Origin: Botryllus schlosseri
Taxonomy: Eukaryota
Direction of reading: 5' to 3'
NCBI GenBank assembly: GCA_051294905.1
Contig: CM119379.1
Span: 15,934,001 to 15,998,000, forward strand
Length of the DNA: 64,000 nt
Both the position numbers and the translations under genes were made by a program. Positions 1-13,100 of the stretch are shown piece after piece. The notes beneath the pieces are model-generated. The model was not told the origin of the DNA and did not search any database. It worked only from the letters and a program-made list of their open reading frames with translations. How positions within the stretch are numbered: the first letter of the stretch is position 1; each line of letters starts with the position of its first letter.

Positions 1-1127
1 GACTTGTCACAATAATTCATCAATTTTCGAGTGATAGATGTTAGCCTGGTAAATAATTCATCCGGAGTGAACATCATGTGTTAGCAGAGACTATCTGGTT
101 TTAATTATGTATTTATTGATTCTGTTCCACGTTCAAGGTTTACTTCCTAATAACAAAATTTGGTTTTGTTTGTTTTGTAAGACAATCCCTTACGTGCGCA
201 GCTGAGATTCTTAAATTCAAAATCTGTTTGAGTTGAATTTTTTTCATGTGACCATTTGAAATACTCATGGTCAACTGTGAGCATTATTCTCTTTCAGCAC
301 CCTTTCTGTTGTTGTTAATGGCACCTGAGCACATAGTCCGCTAGACACAAGCCTGCAAAACACTTGCATGTCACCTTGTAACTTGTTGCTCAATTGCACA
401 TTTACTCAATTATACAGTGGTAGATGTTACTACTAACTGTATTGTTTCCGTAGTCTGGACATTTGCGTGTGATGTCCTATATAAGAGATACCGTTATTCT
501 TTCAATGTCTTGCAGATATACATCCTTGAACTTTAAAGTTGGTAAAATTGGTATTGAAAATATAATGAGGTCAAAATGGGTCCAGCTGGTGGCCGTGAAA
601 ATGTATGACTAGTAACTTCGCTGTGACACAAACGAATCAGTCTTAAGCATGTCGATTGTAATAGATATTTTGTAGAGTTCAGAATAGATTTGCGACATTT
701 GAATATTTTGAGAAGATCACGATTAATAACTTTTCTCTGAGATTCTGGAACATATTGAAACCTTATCAGTAACAACGGAATGATTATTTTAAATGATCCT
801 TTTTTATACAACCTCATTTTTTATTGTTTCAAATTATCCTCTACCTCCATGGCCTATAGTAGCTCCATTTTAATAGAAATGAGAACCATAGTATTGTGAA
901 TAAAAGTACTGTGTTTTCGGACATCAATTCTTTCTGTCTATTAGGCTGTTGTTAGACCGATGTCATATGGAGTCGCTGTTATAATGTAATATCCATGATT
1001 GTTCTACCAACATCATGAACATGTAATGGTTTAGCAGCACTCTCTGTCTGCTGCATGGGTTGTCTGTTATATTTGGACGACAGTTTGCCGATTGCGTGCT
1101 GGCAGTCTGCAATTGTTCTTTCACAAG

Positions 1128-4100
1128 AGCCTATTCCACAGGGGTCCAAGCCCGGTTTACGAGGAAATTGTCCTTGCCCAGTCATGGGCTGGCGGCGCTC
1201 TCGAAACGGTGGACGGACGGGGACCACTCGCCCACTATCGGTTCTGCTAGTCCCGGTAAAGTCAAGTCCCATGCGAGTCTGGCACGTGTTAGGTCTTCCC
1301 CGACAGGCAAGCATGCTGATGATAACTTGACATCCGGGCCTTAATTTGCACGTCACGGTGAAAGTGATCGGTGATGTTGTTTTCAAAGTACATCTGACAT
1401 GAATATCAAAACTCGTTGCTTGTCACACACTGCATACGATCGAATTTCCAAGACCTACGATAGTAACAGTGCACCTGGCACCAATTACGTACAAATTACG
1501 CAATCCTCGTATAAGCTACTGGTTTAAATGTTATATTAATAATATCTATTATAACTAACCAATGATATCTGCAGAGCCAGAAACGGCCAACTGGGTATCT
1601 CACATTTACGCACAGTCCAATGATTCATAATTACACAAGCAGCTGTATGTAAAAGGCAGAAAGTTATATCAAGAAGTAAATGGGGTTTACGATGCTGTGA
1701 CGCAAACACTTATGATTACGAAGAATGGTGCACAATGTAAAATGGAAAAAGGAAATTTGAAACTTACCTTTCTGATACACAAACTGAGAACTTATGTAAC
1801 AAGAAAAAGTGTTCTTGTCACAATGCCGGTAATGCTTCCTATCCAAGCGAATCACATAGGACTATCGAATAATTTGACTCGGTCCATACTTGTCAAGGAA
1901 GTAAGTGGCGTTTCAAGTGTGTAAAATCTCTACTGTGCTGAAATTCCTACGTAGCAGCTAACGAAATACCAAGATGGGTCATCACGAATGAACAATTTGA
2001 CACGGTAAATGCTAGGAATTACTCAAATATCCTGCTGAACTGTAATAAACTAATAACTCAAATATCCTGCTGAACTGTAATAAACTAATAACTTGAATGG
2101 TTTATCACACAACACTGACCAAGATTTTGTCAGTTCAAACAACAGAATTCAAATTGCAGGACTTCATGGGGCCAGAGGCCCCTAAATTTCGGGATGAAAA
2201 GAACAGCTTTCCCGCTAAAAAAATTGTGTGCGTTGTTGTGTTCAGCCGCAGGTGCACTGATACTCACAAGCTTTATTAATATGCTGTTACATTTATTGTT
2301 TGTCACACCATTTAATTTTTCCACTCTCATCGTCAATACAGATAGTAGTTTCCTGGCCAAGGCAAAATGAAAAATCAATTCCATTTAGTAGGAAACAATT
2401 GGACCTCCACAAAGATCCACGTCATCAACTTGCATGACTCAATTTTTTGGGCATGCCAGTCGGAGAAATTTGGTTTTGCCGCACGCTATTTTTTTGATCA
2501 AGATTAATTTTCCAGCAAGCTGTTCTTTTTTTTTCTGTTATACAAGCGACTCCTGAGTTTCATAGTATGTATACAGGATCTGTTTGCTTGCTATCCCATC
2601 ATAAAACCCACGTCAAATGATCCCAACATTTGTTCCATATGTTGCGTTTCTAAAGATTTGCGTCAACTCAGCGTCATACTGTTCATGTACATGTACATGT
2701 ACGCACATGTGTACAATGTAGCTCCTGTGGTGTTTTTCCAGGCCATGCACTATGTTACGTACCATACTTTGACTGAACAATACTCAAGCCTAACCCTTTG
2801 CAAACTCGCGAATTGCTCTTGATAACTATAAACTAATATACCTTATTTCATTGAATCCCAAATTAACTACTAGAGTTGATATGTGTCCTACACACGTGAT
2901 ATTCAACAGCTGTACCATTTCGTCAAGGAGAATGTAAGCCCACGTATATATTGTGAAAAAAAAAATTCGGTATCAATGAACGGTGAGTTTTTGTCGGTCT
3001 CTTGAATTGTGAGTGCTGGCATCACCACTCGAAATTTCCTGCACATATTCAAACTGTAGCATTTTCGATACTGAGTAAAAATTGAACCACTCGCGCAATT
3101 GCACGATGTAAGACTTCACATTGCGCATGCAAATGATTTTCGTGAATTCTGGTGCACTATTCGATCCTTACATCAGTGATTTTTGGTGATGCACGCGTTT
3201 TATTTCGGACAGCATTGCATCGTTCCTCGCGCGATTTATCAACGACTTCAGCTAGCGATCATTTGCTATTTGAAATACTCGTTTTACCTGGTGGTATCTG
3301 TTGCATGGTGTTCTTTAATTTCCTGGCTGCGATCATATTGATTTTGCATGTGTGACCTGCTTGCAATCAGGCTGTTTTGACACTGGTTAATTTGATCAGA
3401 TGGCGGTCGAACTGAAGCGATGAGATCCTTGTTCGTCTCGCTAAACGACCCTTCTTCTGCTGTGGGTCGCGCTATCTTCCCAGGGCGGATAAATCAAAAG
3501 CTTGAGCAAAGCGGCAAGGAAGGTTTGTGTTTGGTTACTGGCGCTGTCTGTGCGTTTTCAGCTGCATGTGGTCGGGCCTGATCCGTGATCCGTACCCGCT
3601 ACTGGAATGATAATTCGATGTAATCTGTTCTGCGAATTGTACAGTATATTCATTTACTGATTTCTATGGGATTTTTTTGAATATGAATAGGATGTTGCAT
3701 ATTTTTGTCCTTGAAGTTTTTGCGGCATAGCCTATGTACCGACTCGAAATATACAGACACATGATCTGTGCATATGAATGCCACGGGTGCATGATTTGCA
3801 TATGCTGGACATTGGACAAGGAAGGTGCAGATATAGCCTTTTACCACTTTCCAAGTCTTGCTCCAGAGCTCCAATGCTCCACCCCTCCATGCTATCACGG
3901 CAATGCTGAGCGTGAAGCAGGTAAGCCGTGAATACCAGTTTAATAATCAGGTCTTTGGTCTGATCCAGTCGGGGATTGAACCCACGAACTACCGATCAAT
4001 AGTCTGGACGCTCCACCATTGTGCTATCTTGTCAGTGACTGTATTCATGTTTCCACAGTCACCAACACACAATGGTTATCAGACTTGGCACTTATTCATT

Positions 4101-7100
4101 TCTCTTACTTTTCAATCAAACTCATACTACAGTAATCTTTGTGGTGGTCGCCCAAATTATTCACTATTAATCTGTGTTTCAGAGGACGGCAAAAGCTCGA
4201 CGGGTAAAATATCAACGACGGTCCGCAGACAATCGGCCGGCGCCCAATCGGGTGAAGAGTCCGAAATCGGCACTTTGAACGAAGTTTACCAGAATTTCGC
4301 CCAGGTAACGAAAGATCAGAGCTGGTGAAAGTAGCCATCGTTAGTATGCAAGTAGAAGTAACATCATAAATGCTACTCAAATCCAAGGTTGAAGGACCCA
4401 TTTTCATCAATATGAAGAGTTCATCAATAGCAATTGTTGCGTTACAGGACTGGTTCAACGCCATGCACGCCGTCAAGTGTCCGTCTGTGTTCCAGCAAGA
4501 ATGGAAGCTGTCGGCGAAATCTCATCTGAAGGACTTCATATTGAATTTGCGAAAGATACTCACTTCCTCTTTGACCGACTGCAAGGTAGATGTACTGCTG
4601 TAACTTGATGATGTTGAGATCATATCTAGTCAAATTATCCAAACGCAGTAGTTCTTCCTTTTTGGAGTACTCAAGTAGGTTGTGCCAACTGGCACTACCC
4701 AAATGGTTTTATTTTCATTCTACTCCCACTAGTAATTAAATAGACATTTACTGCCTTACTTCTACTTGAGTAACAGTCCTGACTACTTTGACCAACCCTG
4801 CTTATAATTAGCTCTTGAATAATGTTTGCTACGATCTCACTTACCATTTACTACTATTTTGACACTGAAACAAGCGAATTTTATATTTGCAGGTTAAAAT
4901 CTTCTCTCGAGATCATCATGACGGTGCCCCAACATCGGTTAATTTGGACGCCAAAAAATTTGATCACGAACGCGAAGTTCCTTCACAGTAATATATCTTT
5001 TACCTTAAACTGATTTTAAATCATGTCGCACGTTTTGGTGTTCCCTCACCCATAAGCAATGTTTAATGCTCTGAAGGTTCTTTATCCAGTAGAATGAAAA
5101 GGTGAAGTTACTGTGTTGCGAATTAATCAGGAATCGATAAGGCATGATGTTGATATTGAGGTCAAATTATTGAAATAATGTCTCTTTATATTTCAGTATA
5201 TGATTATTTACCTTGGCTTACTGCACAGTGCTTTGTCAACTGACGAGTGTTGTAATTTGTGTTAAAGTGCGCGATGCCACTTCCTCAACAGAATAGCGCA
5301 TCATGCCGACGTTATTACAAGCTTGTCTTGACTATTTGAATCCTGTTTCAATTGCATTTTATCCTAGCAACAAATATATAATTCGCAATTTGTTATAGGT
5401 ATGTGTCGTTCACCATCATAGCAAGAAATTTTCCCCTCTGGAGAAAATCTGTCGGCCAGTCCGCTTATTCAGGTATTTCGTGATTCAATTTCGTTACTAG
5501 TCCTTATTCATGTACCCATAGCGTATACACAGGGTTGCTATACTATCCTTGTTTCTCAGATTTGTATTTATTCTGAAGGGCGATATCTAATAAGTAGGGT
5601 GACTTTTTTTTTGACATGTCAAATTTTGTCAAAATTGTAGCGGGAGCGTTAGGTCAAAATTTGTCAAAATTGTTCACAAAGTCAAAATTTTTTTGACGTC
5701 TGCATTTCGTTTGTATCGTAGATTTTGCACTGTCGGTGAACTTATCTTTTGATATATTACAGCTTGTAGCCTACTTTATAGGCCTACCGTTGTAAAAGGC
5801 CCATTGTCTGTTCATTGGGAATTATAAACGGTCAAATAAAACAAATAGGTAGACATGGTGTTATGGTCAACGTACCGCAATATCCTAACTGAAGAAAGAC
5901 TTCTCAGGTATTGCATCATTCTTATATTAAGAAGCGCATAATGAAAAATTGTGATTTAGACAACATTGTCAGAATGAAGCAACAAGGTGTGTCACCAGCA
6001 GTGTATGCAAACTTGGTTGTTGTCTGCCAACAACTGCTGCTGTTGAACGTTCTTTCTCCATTCTTGGCAAGCTTCTTAGTAAGGACATGCACTTTCTACC
6101 CAAGAATGTAGGAAACTATCTCACGTTGTACTACAACAAATTTTAATTATTTCTACCATAATACGTATTGTAACTACCTACTCTTTGTAGGGCCAGATTT
6201 CCTTGAAATATTAGTTTTTTCATGTAAAAATTTGCCTGATTCTAAGCCAAAAACGTTTTTTGAGGCCAAACTACTTCGTTAGGACAGCCAGTTCCAACCA
6301 GAATTGAAGATAAGTGGTGCAATTTTAACATTATGTGGGAAAACACCTAATTTGCATACGTTAGGTCAAAATTCAGTTTGTTTAGATCAAAAAAAGTCAA
6401 AATTTTGATTTTGTAGGTCAAAATTTTCCTTTTTTAGGTAAAAAAATTGCCCTACTAATAAGAATACATTGTCCTTATTTCTCAGCAGATTCGTCCATAT
6501 TTTGAAGCGCGATATCTGATAAAACCACATCATCCTTCCCTTATAGCAAGTTTGGCCTTTATTTTGTATTTATTTGCGGCAAGTTTATTCTTATTTCTGG
6601 TAATGCGGCTACGATGACCTTTTTACAATTCAATTTAAGTCAAATTAACAAAAAGACTGGGAAGAGGTGACTTTATAACTGGGTAAACGTGTGTTGACCT
6701 TTCGCCGTTTCGTTGGCTGTTCTTATTTTTTCATCCATGTCGATGTCAATTTTGCTTACACACCTGCAGAATCCGTATCTTACGGCAACACCATTAAATT
6801 CCGGCCGTACGACGCATTGGCTCGGCTTGACCAAAGTCCGCGCCCTCAAGAGCACAGGTTCACCAGCTCTTCAACTTTCATCTCGCGACAACAATTTGTG
6901 ATGATCTGCGTCGGTGGTGGACATATGAAGTTGTGGGGATATAATGTTACCAACGACCCACGTATGTGTTATGTCTTCTCCGTATTTGAGGAGGTTTTGG
7001 AGTATGATTGCGTCCCCTTTGTGAAATTTCCGTAACATCCGTGATTGTGGTGTGACCCGTTGAGAATGAAATTATGAGCTTTAATGTTCTTCCACCACAA

Positions 7101-10100
7101 GCTATCCTGCATCATACTAACTTTGTTTTAGTGAGCGCCCTCGTCACCAAACTGACGTCATGCAAACATTTTCACGAGGCGAGATGGCGAGCGAGAAACT
7201 GTCTGACGTTTCAAAAGCTGGGCTTGTTCCGACATTGTTCGTATGAAACCGGGTATCCGAATCGCGACAACTCCCAGAAAGGTACCGTTCAGCTTTGATG
7301 ATTGAATGGCAAACTTCACTCTTTCAAATCAAGTGTACTATTGCTTATCTGTAGTTGCCATCGTTAGTTTATTGTTTCCACATTGATATTGCTCCATTTC
7401 CTTGTATAAGCCGTCAGTATGTAATCACTTGTCTATTGTTGTGCGTACCGTGTATTATTTATGATTTGTTGTGGAATAAGTTTAATAAATCCTATTTTTT
7501 GTTCATTTGCACACTTACCTTAATACAACCAAATACTCCATTTTGTGATCGAATTATTGTGTTTCGTACGAACAAATTCATCGTCCGTTGTCATTGATCC
7601 AATTATTGATATTACGAAGCACCATGTAATGCCGATGTGCAACGTGATTAATATATCATGTGCTGATATTCTTCAATAGGAACCAATCCGTATACAAGGG
7701 ATGTCCGCGATGTCGACATGGTTCTGGCTCAAACTGAAATGCCGAGTGAAGGGGATAAGCGATTTCAACAGCAAAGATCCAAATCAAACAGGTAATCGAT
7801 GGTTTTTTATCTTGAAAACTGTAAAACCGTCCGGAAGCTCAAATTAACTACCACGGAAGACCCGTGAGACTCTATTTGGGCTCGATTTGAGTTTATATTT
7901 GTGATCCGTGTTATTCGAATATTATAACTTTTGCCATTCTGACAAAAAAACGCGACACGACGCACACGTTGTCTTCATGTTCCATAAACAGAAGGGTTAG
8001 TAACAAATTACTACTACTTTTTCAGAGTACGCAGTAGGTTTTCCCTACCTGTACTACATTCTTGAAGGGTCATGTGTTAGACTTCTTCCACTTCTACTTA
8101 ACAGAATTTTGGGTAAAACTACTGATTTTGAACATTTTCATATTGAAATAAACCCGAAAATATCCGGGAATATAATAAATTAGTCAGTTGTATATTGAAG
8201 TTCTGTACCTCCAAGAAGCTATTTTCAATTTTGTAAAGTAGACAGTAGTTTTGAAACAAGTTTGCGTCACTTTTACGGGTGAAATAGTAGTACTTCTACT
8301 ATTGTTGTTGTAATTGATACTTCAACATTTAAATGAGTCAAAATTTAGGCCATTACTTCTACTTTTACTAGAGTAACAACGCTGACTTCTTGAAAATCTC
8401 AGCCCATAAATGAAGTAGCATATTGTTCTTTTGAATGCAAGTGTTCAATGCACACACTTCTAGGCCAAAATCTTCGTTGCTAATGCTAAAAATTGTATTT
8501 ATTCCAACCGTGCAAGTACGTCAATGTTGACATTAAATTTATCTGCCCGTGTTAATGCTTCAACTTTGATTTTCGAACCCCCATAGGTGTGGTTATTAGT
8601 AACACATTGCATGCCAGGGTAATCATGTTAGGATTGCGGGAATTTGAAATTTTACTGCAATCGGTCGTGTGTTTCATTGCAATTAACAGGAGAGTCTTCT
8701 TCAACGAAGCGTACCTCAATCACAAGCCCGCTCAGCCACTGCAGTCGTCCACTTATGCAGATGCTGACACGACCTTGCAGTACACGAAACAATACCTGGA
8801 GATGAAGGCTGACGTGAGAAAGGTATGTACCAGTGTTGGGATGACTCGAGTCATGACTTGACTCGAGTCAGACTCGAGTCACCTTTTTCGTATGACTTGA
8901 CTTGACTCGAGTCACTTTGGTAAAATGACTTGACTTGACTTGACTCGACGTATCAGAAATGTGGATTGACTCGTGACTCGGAGCAAAATTCACGAGTCAA
9001 TTTCAAGTCATCAAGTAATCGGTGACGATAAATATCACTGTATCTTCCATATGTTCTGATTGTTCGCGAAAAGCCTCCATTGTTCTCTCACAAATATATT
9101 GACCGCAGACGAAGTGATCCAAGCTTATAGCTTACGTTGTCGTAAACTAGTAGTAAAGAAATTTAATAGCAAAATGTCTATTTCTGTTCTCTGTTCTTTC
9201 CTTAACGAAACCTCTTGTTTTATTTAAATAGAACCCGAATATAGTTTAAATAGTTCTCAACCATTGGCGTAGGCTCGAATTGAATCATCTCAATTTGTAA
9301 AAGGGTATTGCATCTTATCCATTCGCTTCTCTATTCTCTATTTTGGCTGGTAACTGTGAACTGAGGCTATGCAATTACTTACGTAGTTTAACAGTTCTAC
9401 GAATATGTGAGCGATGCAGCCCCTTTTAGCGTGTATTTTCAAGTCTATATTCGTCCATCGGTTCAGAATCAATGACCGCTCAATATGTATTTCAGACATC
9501 TGGAAAAATTCAACGATGTAATCATGCCTCATACTCCGAAAAGGCAACTTGACTTGAATTGTGACTTGACTCGTGACTTGACTTGACTTGACTCGACTTG
9601 ACTTGAGTCACCTCCAAAAATCGAGTGACTTGACTTGACTCGAGTCACCTTTGAAAATCGATTGACTTGACTTGACTCGAGTCAAAATGTGCAATGACTC
9701 GAATTGACTCGTGACTCGAAGGTAGTGACTTGATCCCAACACTGGTATGTACTCATTTTCCGCTGAGATGTGGAATGGATAAGTTCAGTTACTACATAGT
9801 CTATAATAAACAGAAGTGGTCGGAGTACTCAGCTTTGCTACCCAAGTGGAAGATGCAGTAACACCGTAAAGTTATTACGTTTTGAATTGAAAAGTGTATC
9901 ATTGCAAGTAACGTCAAATGACAGACGAGAATATATTCAGTTAGCATGATACACCATCTCTTTCATACAGTTCTGAACGGGAATTTCGTTAAAGTGATCT
10001 CCTATAAGTGATGCAACCTCAACATAGAGTACATTCAACTAAATCCAAAGTGTCAAGATTAGTTACTTAGGAAAACTGTAGAAGTAGAATTAGCAGTAGT

Positions 10101-13100
10101 TTAAAACAGTACGTCTTGAGTGAGTAAAGCAAGTTGAAACAGTTTAGTGGAAGTGATTTATTGCTGACCACCATCAACCGTAAGGGATGGTACTGCGGAA
10201 TGGAGCTCTCTGCATGCTTTCACCCCATATTCAATTGAAAATTCCAGTACAAATGGCACAATGCGGATAATATCATTGTTCGTAATGTTTCATCCATACT
10301 TTTGTTTCAACTCTGATTGTGCCATGGCAGAAATCTCTGAAAACCGATCCAAATTCACTTTTGCTCCATATTACAGGACTCGCCTTAGGTCCCGTGCTAG
10401 CGTGTTCCTGCTGAATATTGCTTTTTCATGGTTTAGTTTACTTTGTCTTTCTTAGGTGAGCGAACAGCAGCAAATACTGCAACGGGTGTATGCGAATTGT
10501 CGCGATCGATCTGCAGCTGCTTCTCAAAACGTCTTGACCAAAGACACTCTCAAGGTGAAAACATGCCCTTGCGAATTTGTCAAACGTGTATTATCTCTGC
10601 ACCTTCCTTGTCCAGCAACACATGCACATAATTCATTCATGATATGCCTCTACACAGATCGTGTGTATACGCCGCAAAACAAAAATATATAACGTCCTAT
10701 TCCTACACATTCATTTTCTTCTTCCACTTAACCAGCTTCAACACATCTGGAAATTGAGACCTTTATAATCACGGTGCCGTTTTCATTGTCCGTTCAGACA
10801 TTGTTACGTCACGCAAGAACGATTCATCACGTTACGTCTTCGATACTGGTGAGTCCCTACTTTCGGAGGTCGATCCCCGGCTGCAAACCTGCCAAAACAG
10901 ACCCACCGTCTGAAAATTTGGCCGGTGCGAAAGAGCCTGCGGTCCGCAAAAGGAAAAAGCGTTTGTCGGGATCGATGAGAAAATCTGGCGAATTCTCAGG
11001 TACGCCCCTACTAACTACTGGATTTTCAAAATGCGCAACTAGAACTGAAACTGGAGAATGACAACCTTCAATAATTCACAACTAACTAGATTAACGTCCG
11101 AACCGGCTCTTTAACTCATCAGGGATACCATCAGCAATAATGCGAACATTCAAAATAAATATGTTCAACAACAATCAGTAACTATGTTTAACAACAATCA
11201 GAATCAAAGTCAAAATTATAATCAAAGTGCGGTTACAAAGTTTTTTCGAGTTTTTTACGTAGACGGACGCTCAAGAACTTATTCAAAAACATATCGATTC
11301 GTACAGTCTCAATGATAAAAAGCGTATCGTTTTCTGAATAGATTTACAGGAATGTTGGAGTCGGTGGTAAAATGAACCGAATCCACAGCTCTGCTGGGTA
11401 CTCATGTAGACGTAGAAGTAATTGTCAAAAATTTTTACTCAAGCGCAAGTAGAATTAGAGATTTAGGTTTCCAAGTAATTAAAAAATATGTAGGCTTGGT
11501 TTCGCTTGAAAAACTGAAACAAAACCATTCCAGTAAGTGGTGCATGTCGCAAAAATGATTCTCCACCGTATTGAATGTCTGCCGCGAGACACGATAAAAC
11601 CTTGCTTCTTGCAGGAAAAAACCCGGAAGAAACACGCAGCAGGAGCAACTCGACGAGAAAAGAAGGGAAAGGATCCAAAAGCAGTCTGCAGCACTATTTT
11701 GTAGACTCGTGAGATATCATGGTTTGTGCAGCTTAGCGACCACGGTAATTCCATGATTTTGTCCCTTCCACAGGCTGGACTCTCCCCCGTTTGATGTCGA
11801 AGAGCTGAAGAAGGCCATCGCCAATCAGTACATACAATATTGGCAAAGTCTGCAGTTTTTAATGGTACGGAGCTTATATTGCTAGGTGATTAGTAACGAA
11901 GTGCCACTTTTTTAAAGTCTGATGTAGGGTTTGCTTACTTGTGCAAATTATTATTCAAGTGATTTATGTTTTTAGACTGATTCTATTCCTAAGTGGCAGT
12001 TTTCAGTCTGCAGGCAAAAGTCAGCCTAGCATGCATATGTTCTGCTTATTTCTCTTGAATTCTAAACACAGCTGTAGAGATTCTAAACACAGCTGTGGAG
12101 TTACGTTAGTACCCACTGCAATATCGATTGGAATTTTGTAGAATGTCTGCAGCACTGTTATGAGTGAACTTTTTGGAATGACTGTACATAATATCCTCAA
12201 CATAACCATACCTGAATTTAAAATTATTTTGGGAGATAACAAATTGCTACTCTTACTTGTAATTGAGTAAGAATTTACGGCTTTACTTCTACTTCTGATC
12301 GAGTATCACTGCCAGGGTTATAATAACTCGAGCCGCAATGACTTGACTCGAGTCAATGAGTGTAGTAACTCAACTTGTACTGGACTCCGTGCACATGACA
12401 CGACACATATTGTATGACTTACTGAAGTCTCGTATATGGGAATTGATAATTAAAAAATAGGCCTTGAAACTCTCATTTATCTGTTTGAATAAACATGTGT
12501 AGAGTGAGAAAAATGAGTGTGACATAAATTCGAGGCTTTCGATATTACTCAATCGTTTCACAGAAATAAGTTGAATCTGACTTGAACTCTACACTGAACA
12601 GGAAACACTGACTTTGACTCGGACTCGAGTCTTAACACGATGACTCGAACTGAACTTGTTGCTCCCTGTCTTTGACTCAGACTTGACTCGGTGTTGAATT
12701 CAAAATGGGTCGATTTGAGTCGAGGCTAAACTATAAAAGTCAAACTGACTCGTGACTCGGAACCTTGTGACTTGGTTTCAATCCTGACCAATGCTTAATA
12801 ATTTGACCATATCTTGTTACTCTCGACCACATTGTTTTGGTACCAATTCCTTCAAGGGCGTGGTGCTGGTTTCATTAGTTTTTTATTTAGGTGAAAGAGG
12901 AACATCGGGGCAGAAGTGAAAAACTCGTCAAAAAGTCTGCCGATTCAAACGTAACAAAGCAAGGCTCGACGAAGCAATCAAACAAGGCGACGTCTACGAA
13001 ACTGGATGGTTAAGATTACCGTGTTCTATCTGTTGAAACATGTTTCTTATCGTTTTAAGCTGAATGCTCAAATCTTACGACCATGTTTACGTACACTATT

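Noticed and set aside
2021-2090. 35-bp repeat of CRISPR-like length
   Set aside because: Only two copies, no spacer, eukaryotic intron context and no cas genes.
2900-3650. GC-richer tract in an SZT2 intron that looks like a decayed transposase on the minus strand
   Set aside because: Multiple stops in all frames and no motif I could name with confidence; needs blastx.
10849-10900. Strong GTGAGT donor and AG acceptor suggesting a 52-nt intron in SZT2
   Set aside because: Removal shifts the frame to a stop, whereas the unspliced sequence stays in frame.
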